Source of the DNA: an uncultured Bacillota bacterium
GTDB taxonomy: Bacteria > Bacillota > DTU025 > MWDF01
Assembly (NCBI GenBank): GCA_963823655.1
Contig: CAWGMK010000006.1
Span: 96,001 to 160,000 of the forward strand
DNA: 64,000 bases
Direction of reading: 5' to 3'
Below the pieces are notes generated by a model. That model made no database searches and had not been told where the DNA came from. It worked only from the letters and a program-made list of their open reading frames with translations. This document shows positions 63,935 through 64,000 of the stretch, piece by piece. How positions within the stretch are numbered: the stretch's first letter is position 1; every line of letters begins with the position of its first letter. The translations under genes were made by a program, and so were the position numbers.

Positions 63935-64000
63935 TTGATACCTAAGTCGATTAGGCATGTTGTGGCCCAGCTTGCTCCCGGGACGCCTATGCACGAGGGT
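63935..64000 (+). CDS. disA: DisA diadenylate cyclase, N-terminus (3' truncated by window)
   Basis: GGAGGTG RBS; LIPKSIRHVVAQLAPGTPMHEG resembles the DisA N-terminal APGTPLREG; conserved position after radA. Confidence 0.7.
   Translation, partial: MIPKSIRHVVAQLAPGTPMHEG

Overview
GC-rich (roughly 55-60% by eye) chromosomal window from an anaerobic bacterium. It carries Firmicutes-type markers (YtxH, DUF1836, DarA/PstA, DegV, Rex operator, radA-disA) alongside signs of an outer membrane (non-lipoprotein ABC binding proteins, a large beta-barrel-like protein ending in Phe). Gene order: tctA end, ytxH/DUF948, complete selenocysteine machinery (tRNA-Sec, selD with in-frame UGA and SECIS, selA, selB), cobalamin riboswitch with btuFCD, threonine dehydratase, cobO with a Cys-rich insert, htrA, thyX with an insertion in its signature motif, MFS, darA, a Rex-box-preceded sensory hfsABC plus electron-bifurcating hydCBA [FeFe]-hydrogenase cluster, and a SPOR-SpoIID/GerMN/DegV/1342-aa operon. 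After these come tRNA-Arg, a Na+-type V/A-ATPase operon, a sugar ABC system with RpiR, a System I* ccmABCDEF cluster, argS, pyrG, rho, LysM-M23, tldD/pmbA, sdpI, radA and the start of disA. The best candidate for an undescribed system is the 1342-aa protein, which resembles the T9SS translocon SprA, carries an inserted beta-propeller-like region and sits in a cell-wall remodelling operon. More than 20 single-base frameshifts, many in essential genes, look like assembly errors rather than pseudogenes. All family calls are from motif recognition by eye; no database search was run.
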